Positions 43,816 to 53,417 of a DNA stretch of 64,000 bases are shown here, in pieces. Where the stretch lies: contig OY761614.1 of NCBI GenBank assembly GCA_963664825.1, forward strand, positions 640,001-704,000, written 5' to 3'. How positions within the stretch are numbered: position 1 is the first letter of the stretch; each line of letters begins with the position of its first letter. Source of the DNA: an uncultured Holophaga sp. Lineage in GTDB: Bacteria; Acidobacteriota; Holophagae; Holophagales; Holophagaceae. Under the pieces are notes generated by a model. That model was given only the letters and a program-made list of their open reading frames with translations, did no database searches and was not told the DNA's origin. The position numbers and the translations under genes are program-made.

Positions 43816-45903
43816 TTAGAAGCCCACGATCACGGCGTATGAGGCCGAAGAATTAACGCTGAAGTTCACCCCACTACCACCGTCATCCACAACGAACTGG
43901 ATGGCATCCGTGGGAGCCAAGGGGCCTACATAGGTCACCGTGCCATCGTAAACCTCAACAGTAGAGTTTGTGGTGCCAAGAACCGCTGCCAAGGTGTTTC
44001 CACTCTTCATGATTCGAATGCCTGGATAGGCGATTGTTCCTGCGGATGAACTTGTTAAATTCCCATGAAAGGTGACACTGAAGATCCCCGCAGTGCCGAC
44101 CGTGAAGGAGTTAAGCCCTGGCGACCAAGTCCCACTGGCGCAAATCCCCGTGGGCGTTAAGAAGCTGACCGTGCTCATCCCACCGGGGGGGACACTACCG
44201 GACCCTCCGCTAAGCTTCAGGTAATTACTGTATGCCTTGGTGCCATCAGCGCCCTTCGAGGCGAGCACAGACCACGTCGCACCAGCACTCGGAGTCACGC
44301 CGGTATTGGCGATTAAGGCAATGTAACTCGTCCCATCGTTGGAAACGGCATCACCAATAGCGTAGTTCGCCGAAACGCTCCAGGCGCCCTTGAAGGCCAC
44401 AGGAGGGCCTTGAGGGCCTTGATCGCCTTTGGAACCCGCCGCTCCCGCTGCACCCGTAATACCTTGATCGCCTTTGGGACCCGCTGCACCCGTCGCCCCG
44501 GTTGCACCCGTCGCTCCGATTGCGCCCTGGGGAATCGTGAAGTTGAGTATGGCCGAGCCGGAGGTCCCCGCATTGGTGACGGATGCCGAAGTTCCGGCAG
44601 GGCCAGTGGTCGTGGTTCCAACCGAAACCGTGCCCGTGGAACCCGCCAAGGCGAGCACAGCCCAATAAGTCCCGCTTCCAGCCACATCCGTCACAGGGTT
44701 AATGTTGTAATTGTTGCCCGTAAGGGCGATGTAGCTCGTCCCCTTTTCGGAAACCGCATCACCAACAGCGTAGGTCACCGAACTGCTCCAAGCGCCCTTG
44801 AAGGTGACTGGGGGGCCTTGCACTCCTGTCGCACCCGTAGCCCCGGGGGCTCCAACAGGACCCATCAGCCCCACACCCTGGGGACCTTGAGGGCCCGCCG
44901 GCCCAGTCGCTCCGGTTGCGCCCGCGGGAATCGTGAAGTTGAGCACGGCGGCGCTGGAGGTGCCCGCATTGGTGACGGATGCCGAAGTTCCGGCAGGGCC
45001 AGTGGCCACGGTCCCAACCGCAACGGTGCCCGCTGTGCCCGCCAAACCCGCCTTGGCGAGCACAGCCCATTTCGTCCCACCGCCCGTCGCAATATCCGTG
45101 ACGGGGTCGTTGCCTGAATTCCCATTCACCAATGAGATGTAGCTCGTCCCATTTTCGGAAACGGCATCACCAATCACAAAGGGTGTCGTCCTGTCCCAGG
45201 CGCCCTTGAAGGTGACTGGGGGGCCTTGCACTCCCGTCGCACCCGCAGCCCCGGGGGCTCCAACAGGACCCATCAGCCCCACACCCTGGGGACCTTGAGG
45301 TCCCTGAGGTCCCTGGGCACCCGCAGGCCCTGCGGGACCGACGGGCCCTTGAGGCCCTGCCACACCGGCGACGGCGGAAGCGATCCAGTTCGTGCCATCG
45401 AAGACCAGGGACTGGCCGGCGCTGGGCGTACTGCTCAGTTCCAGGGGGTAGCCCGCGATCTTTTTCACGGACATGGCGCTCTGGGTGCCCTCCACATCCC
45501 CCGCGAAGGCGCCTGTGACCTCGAAGGCCGAGCGCGCCTGGAGGGTGGGCACCAGATCCGCGTCCGGACTGAGGGCCGTGCCGCCCACGGTCACGTGCAG
45601 TTTCAGACCACCCGTAGCGAGCAGAGAACTCGGGATCGCCGTCATGGGGCTGGCCCCCAGCACGGCGGAGTAAAGCCCGCTATTCACGGAGAGAGACTGA
45701 TCCCCTGAGGTCCAGAGTACATTCCCGGAGCCATCCAGGATGGAAAAGGCGAAGACCCGCATCCCCGTCACGGGCAAGGTCCCCTCCAGAAGACGGCCCT
45801 GGTAGGCGATCTGGGGGCTGGGGATCGCGCTCCCCGCATGGACCACAAAGACGATCTGGCTCGTCAGGGCCAGGGCAAGGGAGCTAAGGAAGGCGTGTCG
45901 CAT
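43816..45903 (-). CDS. Secreted collagen-like fibre protein with three CBM5/12-like repeats and a C1q/BclA-like tip
   Basis: Signal peptide, IAYQGRL N-domain, G-X-Y runs, three FKGAW...GDAVS..GTSYI.L modules, beta-rich C-terminal domain. Confidence 0.85.
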   Translation of the reverse strand: MRHAFLSSLALALTSQIVFVVHAGSAIPSPQIAYQGRLLEGTLPVTGMRVFAFSILDGSGNVLWTSGDQSLSVNSGLYSAVLGASPMTAIPSSLLATGGLKLHVTVGGTALSPDADLVPTLQARSAFEVTGAFAGDVEGTQSAMSVKKIAGYPLELSSTPSAGQSLVFDGTNWIASAVAGVAGPQGPVGPAGPAGAQGPQGPQGPQGVGLMGPVGAPGAAGATGVQGPPVTFKGAWDRTTPFVIGDAVSENGTSYISLVNGNSGNDPVTDIATGGGTKWAVLAKAGLAGTAGTVAVGTVATGPAGTSASVTNAGTSSAAVLNFTIPAGATGATGPAGPQGPQGVGLMGPVGAPGATGATGVQGPPVTFKGAWSSSVTYAVGDAVSEKGTSYIALTGNNYNINPVTDVAGSGTYWAVLALAGSTGTVSVGTTTTGPAGTSASVTNAGTSGSAILNFTIPQGAIGATGATGATGAAGPKGDQGITGAAGAAGSKGDQGPQGPPVAFKGAWSVSANYAIGDAVSNDGTSYIALIANTGVTPSAGATWSVLASKGADGTKAYSNYLKLSGGSGSVPPGGMSTVSFLTPTGICASGTWSPGLNSFTVGTAGIFSVTFHGNLTSSSAGTIAYPGIRIMKSGNTLAAVLGTTNSTVEVYDGTVTYVGPLAPTDAIQFVVDDGGSGVNFSVNSSASYAVIVGF
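44567..45300. repeat. Intragenic tandem duplication, period about 400 bp
   Basis: 44792-44892 versus 45200-45300 (101 bp, 2 mismatches); 44567-44609 identical to 44963-45005. Confidence 0.9.
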
Positions 45904-45929
45904 GGGTATTCTCAGAATCCGTGAAAAGG

Positions 45930-46514
45930 TCAGGGGTTGCTGGGCTGGGGTTCAGGGAGGAAGCCGTGACGGACTTCCAGGTTCCCGGTGCTGTCATGGG
46001 CGGTCGTAGCCCCCAGCGGTTCCAGGGCTACAGCCTGGTTCGCGAGATTTCCACCGGTCTGCAGGCTCCCGGAGGCCTGGACCTGGTTGGGGGGCAGAGA
46101 GGCCGGTGGCAACGCGGCCAGCACACTGAGCTCGAGGGGGATGGTCTGGACTCGACTGCCGGAGGTCCCCGTGAGCACTAGGTTCCCCAGGGACTGGGCG
46201 CTCACGCCATCGGCCACCGTGAGGGTCAGACGGCCCGTGAGCGCCCCGGCGGCCACGCTGCCGCTAGCCACCACCCCGGAAGGCAGCCCCGGAACACTCA
46301 GGGTGATGGCCTCCGGAAAACCGCCGTAGCGCGTCACGGAAACCGTCAGGTAGCCGCTCCCCCCAGAGGGGATATCCAGACTGGCGGGCGAAGCCGAAAG
46401 GGTGAACCGCTGGTCCAGGGAACGGAAGACACCCTGCCCCTTGCTGCCACCTCCGCAGCCCTGGCCCAGAGCCAAGACCACTACCGAAAAGAACAAAATC
46501 AACGATGGACGCAA
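45930..46514 (-). CDS. Putative lipoprotein with an Ig-like domain
   Basis: Hydrophobic leader then GQG|CGGGS (imperfect lipobox); [10 protein letters not shown]...TVSVTR.GGF...ITLSV.GLPSGV Ig-like motif. Confidence 0.78.
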   Translation of the reverse strand: MRPSLILFFSVVVLALGQGCGGGSKGQGVFRSLDQRFTLSASPASLDIPSGGSGYLTVSVTRYGGFPEAITLSVPGLPSGVVASGSVAAGALTGRLTLTVADGVSAQSLGNLVLTGTSGSRVQTIPLELSVLAALPPASLPPNQVQASGSLQTGGNLANQAVALEPLGATTAHDSTGNLEVRHGFLPEPQPSNP

Positions 46515-46673
46515 GGCTCCGCCTGACGAATGGGAATTGAGGAGAGTGTGCTCTCCAATGGGACCCAGCCTCGCTGAAGAGCTTCAGTCATTGTATGTCG
46601 AGTACGATGCCCCGTGCTGGATTTTGCAGAAAAAACCAGATTCCGCAGGGCCGATTCTATGGATTCAAGGCGG

Positions 46674-47192
46674 CTACTTCCGGATCACAACGCCCAACGA
46701 AAAGGCCAGGTTCTTCTGGGTCTCGTCCACGTAGCGGGTGATGGAATAGTCCCCCTGGCCACGCAGGGAAAGGATGGGGGTGATGGCGACATTCACGCCG
46801 ATACCAGGCCCGCAAACAAAGCTGACGCTTCGATCGGAAAGCGCACCGGAGCTGCCCCTTAGATCGGCTCGCCCCAGGAGCAGGTGGGCAAAGCCGCTCC
46901 ATCGATCGGAGATGGGCAAGGTGTAGCGGGGTCCCGCCAGGACCATCCACTGCTTGAGGTGGACCACATCAGCTTCCGTGCCCTCATGCAGGGTCAAGAC
47001 CCCTTCCAGGGACCAGGAGGCGTCCAGGTGGTAGGCTCCCCCGACGAAGGCCCCGTCCAGGGTGCGGGCAACCCCGTGGACAGGTCTCATCCGGTACGCG
47101 GAATAGCCCACGGAGCCCTCCAGGGGAGAGGTGACCTGGGCTTGAAGAGCGCAGGCAAGGCAGACCGTGGGGACCAAATAATGGAATCGCAT
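46674..47192 (-). CDS. Small outer-membrane beta-barrel protein (about 8 strands)
   Basis: Signal peptide ALQA|Q; amphipathic strands LAGPRYTL, FAHLLLG, GIGVNV, LAFSLGVVI. Start uncertain (47192-47210). Confidence 0.78.
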   Translation of the reverse strand: MRFHYLVPTVCLACALQAQVTSPLEGSVGYSAYRMRPVHGVARTLDGAFVGGAYHLDASWSLEGVLTLHEGTEADVVHLKQWMVLAGPRYTLPISDRWSGFAHLLLGRADLRGSSGALSDRSVSFVCGPGIGVNVAITPILSLRGQGDYSITRYVDETQKNLAFSLGVVIRK

Positions 47193-47272
47193 GGGAATAA
47201 TCATAGCCAAAACGTGATGTAGGGGCGGTCCAGGGTGCCCGCGACAGCAAGTGCGGTAGGACCTTGCGCGAC

Positions 47273-47896
47273 CTAAACCAAGCCTTCGCTTCGCAGCCCT
47301 TCAGCCTCCTTCTTCAGCTTGTCGCGGTAGATTGGATAGCATTCCGGACAAAGGCCGTGGCTGAAATCCGCCTCCGAGTGTTCGTGGAGATACTGCTCGA
47401 GAATTTCCCAATAGCCTTGGTCGTTCTTGATTTTCTTGCAGACCATGCAAATGGGCAGTAGGCCCTGAAGCGTCCGAATTTGGGATGCCTGGGACTCGGC
47501 CAGAGCCGCTTGGGCCTCCACGCGCTCGGTGATATCGGTGCAGCTCCCGATGTAGCCTCCAAACGTGCCATCCGGGCGATACATGGGGACGCCCCGGTCG
47601 AGGATCCATCTCCAGGCGCCGTCGTGGCGTCGCAAGCGATATTCCATCTCGAAAAGGGCCCGGCGATGAAAATGGTCCATGTAGATATCCAGACAGCGCT
47701 GGAGGTCCTCCGGATGCACCCCCTCTGCCCAGCCGTTCCCAATCTCTTGGGCCATGGGACGTCCCGTGAAATCCAACCACCGTTGGTTGAAGTAATCACA
47801 CAAGCCATCCGTCCCCGCCCGCCAGATCAGGATTGGAGCCTGTTCCACCAGGACAGCATACTCACCGGGTTCCAGCCGAGGCTCCACGGGCCGCAT
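47273..47896 (-). CDS. PAS-domain protein with a C-terminal Cys/His (putative zinc) domain
   Basis: PAS_3 motifs YFNQRW, GWAEGVHPED, EYRLRRHDG, TDIT; tail LPICMVCKKI...FSHGLCPEC; GGAGG RBS. Confidence 0.9.
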   Translation of the reverse strand: MRPVEPRLEPGEYAVLVEQAPILIWRAGTDGLCDYFNQRWLDFTGRPMAQEIGNGWAEGVHPEDLQRCLDIYMDHFHRRALFEMEYRLRRHDGAWRWILDRGVPMYRPDGTFGGYIGSCTDITERVEAQAALAESQASQIRTLQGLLPICMVCKKIKNDQGYWEILEQYLHEHSEADFSHGLCPECYPIYRDKLKKEAEGLRSEGLV

Positions 47897-48066
47897 GACG
47901 CCTCCAGAAAAGCCCATGCTAATCCAGAAAGCCCCAAACTCCTGGGCAATTCCCCTGAGCGGCCCTCGGATGAAAAGTCATCCACCACCCACGTCCGCAT
48001 TCCGTTCCCTGGATTCGGGCAAACCCGTATTCCAGGAACCCGCATCCAGGCTAGGCTAATAAGGCG

Positions 48067-48152
48067 GCTCGCATGGCGGAATGGCAGACGCCGTGGACTT
48101 AAAATCCATTGCCCGCAAGGGCGTGCCGGTTCGAGTCCGGCTGCGAGCACCA
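48067..48152 (+). tRNA. tRNA-Leu(TAA)
   Basis: GCTCGCA acceptor stem, GTGGACT-TAA-AATCCAT, long variable arm, GGTTCGAGTCC, ends ACCA. Confidence 0.96.
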
Positions 48153-48285
48153 ATCACTAAGCAAAATCAAAGGAGTGATTCGACCGGCGGTGCCACCCGC
48201 ATCGACCCTTGTTGCTCAGTCGTGCGGGGGCCCGGCGGCGCAGGCTCCACTGGAGCCTGCTCTGCCACCCGCATCGACTTCGCCA

Positions 48286-48311
48286 GTTCGAGCCGGCTGC
48301 GAGCACCAATC
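48286..48311 (+). mobile_element. Duplicated tRNA-Leu 3' end (att-like scar)
   Basis: GTTCGAG-CCGGCTGCGAGCACCAATC versus the tRNA end GTTCGAGTCCGGCTGCGAGCACCAATC (1-nt deletion). Confidence 0.75.
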
Positions 48312-48342
48312 CGAAAGCCAACATCCCCAGCCCGATCGGGTC

Positions 48343-48447
48343 CTTTTCACCGCGAAGAGCACGAAGACCGCAAAGAGATGGGGCAGGCATCCTGATGTTT
48401 CCAGTCTTTCTCGGCGTTCTCAGCGTTCTCAGCGTTCTTGCGGTGAG
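48343..48447. repeat. REP-like imperfect palindrome with internal 9-bp repeats
   Basis: TCACCGC...GCGGTGA ends; GCGTTCTCA twice plus GCGTTCTTG; CTTTTCACCGCGAAG recurs inverted at 55876-55890. Confidence 0.7.
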
Positions 48448-49633
48448 ACTCCGTCCGGCAGGTCCTCACGGTGCGCCTTGCCTGGTCGATCTCCACACGG
48501 AAGGGGCCTTCTCCCTCCGGGATGCCGTACCCGGCGCGCAATTCATCCAGGCTTAGGCGCTGGCCCTCGAAGGCCGGGAAGAGGCTCCACTGGAGGGCGT
48601 ATTCCAGGCCATGGGGCATGCCATCGGAGCCGAAGAGGAGATCCTTTCCGGGTTGGAACCCCACCCGATCGATGAGCATGCGGAAGGGGTTATTGGCCTC
48701 CCGCCAGGACTCGCCTAGGCGGTCCGCGTAGTCCACGCTATCGCTGGAAAAATTGGGCTGCATGGAGAGCGTGAGGCCCAGATCCCGGGCCCGGCGCGCC
48801 TGGGACTCCGTGATGAACTGGGCGTGCTCGATGCGGATGCCGGTGAAAGCGAGGCCCTCCCCTGCCGCGCGTTCCAGGCATTGGATCACCCGCTCGATGG
48901 CCAGATCCCCGATGGCATGGATGGCCAGGGCCTTGCCCAGGGGATGGAGGCGCGCCAATTCCTCCAGGAAGGCCTCACTCTCCCAGAGGAGCATCCCCGG
49001 ACGACCGTCCAGGTAGGGTTCCGAGAGGGCGGCCGTGCGGGCTCCGATGGCTCCGTCGGCGAAGAGCTTGAGGCCCTGGGCCTCCCGCTGGGCTTCCAGG
49101 GGAAGGGCCAGGAAGAGCTCCGGACTGGCCCAGAAACGGCAGGGCCCGGCGTACCTCATCACGCGCCAGGCCTCCGCGTCCATGAGCAGCATGTCCTCGG
49201 CGGCGCCGATGCCAAGGGCTTCCAGCTGCGCCAGGAAGGCCGCCAGCTTGGAGGCATCCAGGCGCGCGAGCCTCCCGTAGAGGGAGAGGAGGCGGGGCAG
49301 GTTGCGCTCGCACCAGGCGGGATCCCCGCTCCGCTCCACCACTCCCGGCTCCAGCTCCCGCAGGAGCCTCTCACCGGAAGGGTTCAGGCGGAAACCGTGC
49401 AGGCTGAAATTCACCAGGAGCAGGGGCGGCAGAGCGTCCAACTCGGCGGCTGCGAAGGGAAGGCGACCGCTGTGCCAGCCGGGCACCACATTCAGGCGGT
49501 CCTGGGGCAGGCCCTTAAGCAGGGCGAGGGCCTCCCCTCTCCCGAGCCCGGCCAGGCTGGGACAGCCCCCGAGGGCGGCGTAGAGGGAGACATGGGTGTG
49601 GCGATCGAAACCGAGGGGCAAGGAATGGATCAC
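48347..49633 (-). CDS. Amidohydrolase-3 (YtcJ-like) family metallohydrolase
   Basis: FDRHTH, KLFADGAIGARTAAL, AIHAIGD, RIEHAQ, SMQPNF, FGSDGMP. GTG start inferred. Confidence 0.88.
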   Translation of the reverse strand: MIHSLPLGFDRHTHVSLYAALGGCPSLAGLGRGEALALLKGLPQDRLNVVPGWHSGRLPFAAAELDALPPLLLVNFSLHGFRLNPSGERLLRELEPGVVERSGDPAWCERNLPRLLSLYGRLARLDASKLAAFLAQLEALGIGAAEDMLLMDAEAWRVMRYAGPCRFWASPELFLALPLEAQREAQGLKLFADGAIGARTAALSEPYLDGRPGMLLWESEAFLEELARLHPLGKALAIHAIGDLAIERVIQCLERAAGEGLAFTGIRIEHAQFITESQARRARDLGLTLSMQPNFSSDSVDYADRLGESWREANNPFRMLIDRVGFQPGKDLLFGSDGMPHGLEYALQWSLFPAFEGQRLSLDELRAGYGIPEGEGPFRVEIDQARRTVRTCRTESHRKNAENAENAEKDWKHQDACPISLRSSCSSR

Positions 49634-49735
49634 GGACGAACTCCATGGAGGAGGGAATGCGGCCTCATAGCCCGAGGGCACGGCCTTCCGAAAATCCGGA
49701 TGGTCGTGCCCTCGAACCTATGCAGCGTTCTGGAA

Positions 49736-52700
49736 CTACTCGCCGTCCACGTTCTTCACGGGCATGGTCAGCTTGGCCATGTTCTCGTAAGTGGCGAAAC
49801 GGTTGGTCACTTCGCGCTGAGCCATGGCCAGGAGATGCCGGAAGCGCTCGGGGTTCACCTGCTCGACCATGCGGTAGCGGGTCTCGTTGCGGACGTAGGT
49901 GCCCAGCTCGATCTTCGGAGCGGGGCTATCCATCTGCAGCGGGGCTTCGCCCTGCTCGATGCGGCGGGGGTCGTAGCGGAAGAGGGGCCAATGGCCGGAA
50001 TCCACCGCCAGCTTCTGCTGTTCGCAGCCGTTGACCAGATCGATGCCGTGGGCGATGCAGTGGCTGTAGGCCAGGATGATCGAGGGACCATCGAAGCTCT
50101 CCGCTTCCTGGAAGGCCTTGACCACCTGCGCGTCCTTGGCTCCCATGGCGACCTTGGCCACATAGACGTTGCCATAGGACATGGCGATCATCGCCATATC
50201 CTTCTTGGGCTGGGTCTTACCGGCCATGGCGAACTTGGCAGAGGCGCCGATGGGCGTGGACTTGGAGGCCTGGCCACCGGTGTTGGAGTAGACCTCGGTA
50301 TCGAGGATCAGGATGTTCACGTTGCGGCCCTGGGCGATGACATGATCGAGACCGCCGTAGCCGATGTCATAGGCCCATCCGTCGCCACCCACGATCCAGA
50401 GGCTCTTCTTCACCAGGTAGTCGGCGATGAGTTCGAACCAGCGGGCCTCGGGAGTTTTGATGGTCGAGAGCTTCTGTTTGAGGGCCACCACGCGCTCGCG
50501 CTGGGCCTTGATCCCTGTTTCCGTGCTCTGGTCGGCGTTGGCGATGCCTGCCACCAGTGCGTCGCCGAGGCTGGGGGCCAGGCGGGTCAACATCTCGAGG
50601 GCCTGGTCACGGTTCTTGTCCAGGGACAGACGCATGCCGTAACCGAATTCGGCGTTGTCCTCGAAGAGGCTGTTGCACCAGGCGGGACCGCGGCCGTCCT
50701 TGTTGACAGTGTAGGGCGTCGTGGGCAGGTTGCCACCATAGATGGAAGAGCAGCCCGTCGCATTGGCGATGACGGCCCTGTCCCCGAAGAGCTGGGTGAG
50801 CAGCTTGATGTAGGGGGTCTCGCCGCAGCCCGCGCAGGCGCCGCTGAACTCGAAGAGGGGCTGCATGAACTGCGTGCCCTTCACGTCGGCCTTGAGAGTC
50901 GTGCGATCGGCTTCGGGAAGTTCGAGGAAGAACGCGTAGTTCTCGGCTTCCGCTTCGCGCAGAGGCATCTGCGAAGCCATGTCGATGGCCTTGTGCTGGG
51001 GGTTGGTCTTGTCCTTGGCGGGGCAGACGCTGACGCAGATGCCGCAGCCGGTGCAATCCTCGGGAGCCACCTGGATGGTGAACTTCTGGCCCGGGAACTC
51101 CTTGCCCTTGTAGTCGACGCTCTTGAAGGTCGCGGGCGCCTTGGCCAGGCTAGCGGGATCGTAGACCTTGGGCCGAATGGCGGCGTGGGGGCAGATCATC
51201 GCGCACTTGTTGCACTGGATGCAGATCGACTTGTCCCAGACGGGGATCTCGAGGGCGATATTGCGCTTCTCCCACTGGGTGGTGCCCATGGGCCACGTGC
51301 CATCCACGGGGAAGGCGCTGACGGGCAGGAGATCGCCCTGGCCGGCCATCATCACGGCCTGGACCTTCTTGGTGAACTCAGGCGCCGCGTCACTCACGAA
51401 GGGCGGCATGCAGTGGGTGGCGTTCACGGAGGCGGGCACCTTCACTTCGTGGAGATGGGCCAACGTGTGATCCACGGCGGCGAAATTCTTCTGAACGACC
51501 GCCTCGCCCTTCTTGGTGTAGGACTTCTTGATGGCCTTCTTGATCTGCTCGATGGCCTCGTCCTTGGGCAGTACGCCGGAGATGGCGAAGAAGCAGGTCT
51601 GCATGATGGTGTTGATGCGCACGCCCATGCCGGTGGCCTTGGCCACTTCGTAGGCATCGATGACGAAGAACTTCAGTTTCTTGGTGAGGATGGATTCCTG
51701 CACTTCCTTGGGCAGGGTGCTCCAGACCTCGTCCTTGCTGTAGGGGGTATTGAGCAGGAAGGTCGCGCCCTCGCCGGCATTGCAGAGCATGTCGTACTTC
51801 TCGAGGAAGCTGGTCTGGTGGCAGGCGATGAAGTTGGCCTTGCGGATGAGGTAGGCGGAGCGAATCTTCCGGGGCCCGAAGCGCAGGTGGGAGGTGGTGA
51901 TGGCACCGGCCTTCTTGGAGTCGTAGACGAAGTAGCCCTGACCGTAGTTGGAGGTCTCCTCGGCGATGATCTTGATGGAGTTCTTGTTGGCGCCCACGGT
52001 GCCATCGGAACCCAGGCCGAAGAACATGGCCCGCTTCACATCCGCCGCTTCGATATCGAAGTCCATGTCCACCGACAGGCTGGTGTGCGTGACATCGTCG
52101 TTGATGCCCACGGTGAAGTGCTTCTTGGGGGCATCCTTGGCGAGCTCGTCATAGATGGCCTTGACCATGGCGGGGGTGAATTCCTTGCTGGAGAGGCCGT
52201 AGCGGCCCCCGATCACCCGAGGATTCAGGGTGGTGGTGCCCGTTTCCCGGGCCTCGCTCAGCGCGGTGATCACGTCCATGTAGAGGGGCTCGCCAAGGGT
52301 GCCGGGCTCCTTGCAGCGATCCAGGACGGCGATCTTCTTGACGGTCTTGGGCAGCGCGTGGACGAAGTGCTCGATGGAGAAGGGACGGAAGAGCCGGACC
52401 TTGAGGAGGCCGAGCTTCTCGCCCTTGGCCTGGGCCCACTCCACGTACTCGTGGGCCACATCGGCGCCGGAGCCCATGACGATGATCACGCGCTCGGCAT
52501 CCGGGGCGCCGAAGTATTCGAAGAGCTGGTACTGACGGCCCGTCAGCTTCGCGAACTTGTCCATCTCCTCCTGCACGATGCCGGGAGTGGCGGCGTAGTA
52601 GGTGTTGCAAGCCTCCCGAGCCTGGAAGAACACGTCCGGGTTCTGGGCCGTGCCGCGGATCTGGGGCTTGTCCGGCGTCATGGCGCGCTGGCGGTGGGAA

Positions 52701-53305
52701 GCGACGAGCTCATCGGTCACCATGAACCGGAGGTCCTCGTCGTTGAGCATCTCGATCTTGTTGATCTCGTGGCTGGTGCGGAAGCCGTCGAAATAGTGCA
52801 TGAAGGGCACGCGGCTGCGCAGGGTGGAACTCTGGCTGATCAGCGCGAAATCGTGGGCCTGCTGGACGCTATCGGAGGACAGCATGGCGAAGCCGGTCTG
52901 GCGGCATCCCATCACGTCGCTGTGATCGCCGAAGATGGAGAGCGCGTGGGTGGCGATGGTGCGGGCCGTCACGTGCAGCACGAAGGGCGTCAGCTCACCG
53001 GCGATCTTGTACATGATCGGGATAAAGAGCAGGAGGCCCTGGGAGGCCGTGAAGGAGGTCGTCAGCGAACCCGCCTGGAGGGCCCCGTGGACCGCGCCAG
53101 CGGCGCCGCCCTCGGACTGCATCTCAGCCACGGAAGGAACGGTGCCCCAGATGTTCTTCTTGCCCTGGGAACTCCATTCGTCGGACCACTCGCCCATGTT
53201 CGACGAGGGGGTGATCGGGTAAATCGCGATGACTTCGTTGGTACGATGGGCGACCGAAGCTGTGGCTTCGTTCCCATCGAGGGTCACCATGCGGCGTTGG
53301 GCCAT
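49736..53305 (-). CDS. nifJ: Pyruvate:ferredoxin (flavodoxin) oxidoreductase
   Basis: DGNEA, YPITPSS, MQSEGGAAG, two CxxCxxC 4Fe-4S motifs, EFSGACAGCGET, GGDGWAYDIG; AGGAGG RBS. Confidence 0.98.
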   Translation of the reverse strand: MAQRRMVTLDGNEATASVAHRTNEVIAIYPITPSSNMGEWSDEWSSQGKKNIWGTVPSVAEMQSEGGAAGAVHGALQAGSLTTSFTASQGLLLFIPIMYKIAGELTPFVLHVTARTIATHALSIFGDHSDVMGCRQTGFAMLSSDSVQQAHDFALISQSSTLRSRVPFMHYFDGFRTSHEINKIEMLNDEDLRFMVTDELVASHRQRAMTPDKPQIRGTAQNPDVFFQAREACNTYYAATPGIVQEEMDKFAKLTGRQYQLFEYFGAPDAERVIIVMGSGADVAHEYVEWAQAKGEKLGLLKVRLFRPFSIEHFVHALPKTVKKIAVLDRCKEPGTLGEPLYMDVITALSEARETGTTTLNPRVIGGRYGLSSKEFTPAMVKAIYDELAKDAPKKHFTVGINDDVTHTSLSVDMDFDIEAADVKRAMFFGLGSDGTVGANKNSIKIIAEETSNYGQGYFVYDSKKAGAITTSHLRFGPRKIRSAYLIRKANFIACHQTSFLEKYDMLCNAGEGATFLLNTPYSKDEVWSTLPKEVQESILTKKLKFFVIDAYEVAKATGMGVRINTIMQTCFFAISGVLPKDEAIEQIKKAIKKSYTKKGEAVVQKNFAAVDHTLAHLHEVKVPASVNATHCMPPFVSDAAPEFTKKVQAVMMAGQGDLLPVSAFPVDGTWPMGTTQWEKRNIALEIPVWDKSICIQCNKCAMICPHAAIRPKVYDPASLAKAPATFKSVDYKGKEFPGQKFTIQVAPEDCTGCGICVSVCPAKDKTNPQHKAIDMASQMPLREAEAENYAFFLELPEADRTTLKADVKGTQFMQPLFEFSGACAGCGETPYIKLLTQLFGDRAVIANATGCSSIYGGNLPTTPYTVNKDGRGPAWCNSLFEDNAEFGYGMRLSLDKNRDQALEMLTRLAPSLGDALVAGIANADQSTETGIKAQRERVVALKQKLSTIKTPEARWFELIADYLVKKSLWIVGGDGWAYDIGYGGLDHVIAQGRNVNILILDTEVYSNTGGQASKSTPIGASAKFAMAGKTQPKKDMAMIAMSYGNVYVAKVAMGAKDAQVVKAFQEAESFDGPSIILAYSHCIAHGIDLVNGCEQQKLAVDSGHWPLFRYDPRRIEQGEAPLQMDSPAPKIELGTYVRNETRYRMVEQVNPERFRHLLAMAQREVTNRFATYENMAKLTMPVKNVDGE

Positions 53306-53388
53306 GAGTATCCTCCTACTCGGTTGCGTTGGAATTCGATATAGGGGAGACGGCACGGTCGCCTCGGCTGCGCCGCCTCACAAGCGCG

Positions 53389-53417
53389 AGTCTAGAAGTT
53401 AGAAGGGTTCTTGGCAA
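53389..53417 (-). promoter_or_regulatory. sigma70 promoter of nifJ
   Basis: TTGCCA-N17-TAGACT. Confidence 0.65.

Noticed and set aside
43816..45903. Diversity-generating retroelement or prophage origin for the fibre gene
   Set aside because: No reverse transcriptase, no template/variable repeat pair for the C-terminal tip, no phage genes; the protein has a Sec-type signal.
43455..48066. Accessory block as a tRNA-Leu-anchored genomic island
   Set aside because: It lies on the 5' side of the tRNA while the att duplication is on the 3' side; no integrase or boundary repeat seen.
48191..48278. 16-bp direct repeats as a mini-CRISPR
   Set aside because: Only two copies, too short, no cas genes; better explained as att arm sites.
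48824..53344. 1506-aa plus-strand ORF, and similar long ORFs at 7-873, 22056-23855, 29685-31511, 40746-42863, 54224-55837, 55944-57818 and 57815-59458
   Set aside because: Antisense shadows of well-supported high-GC genes; no protein motifs.
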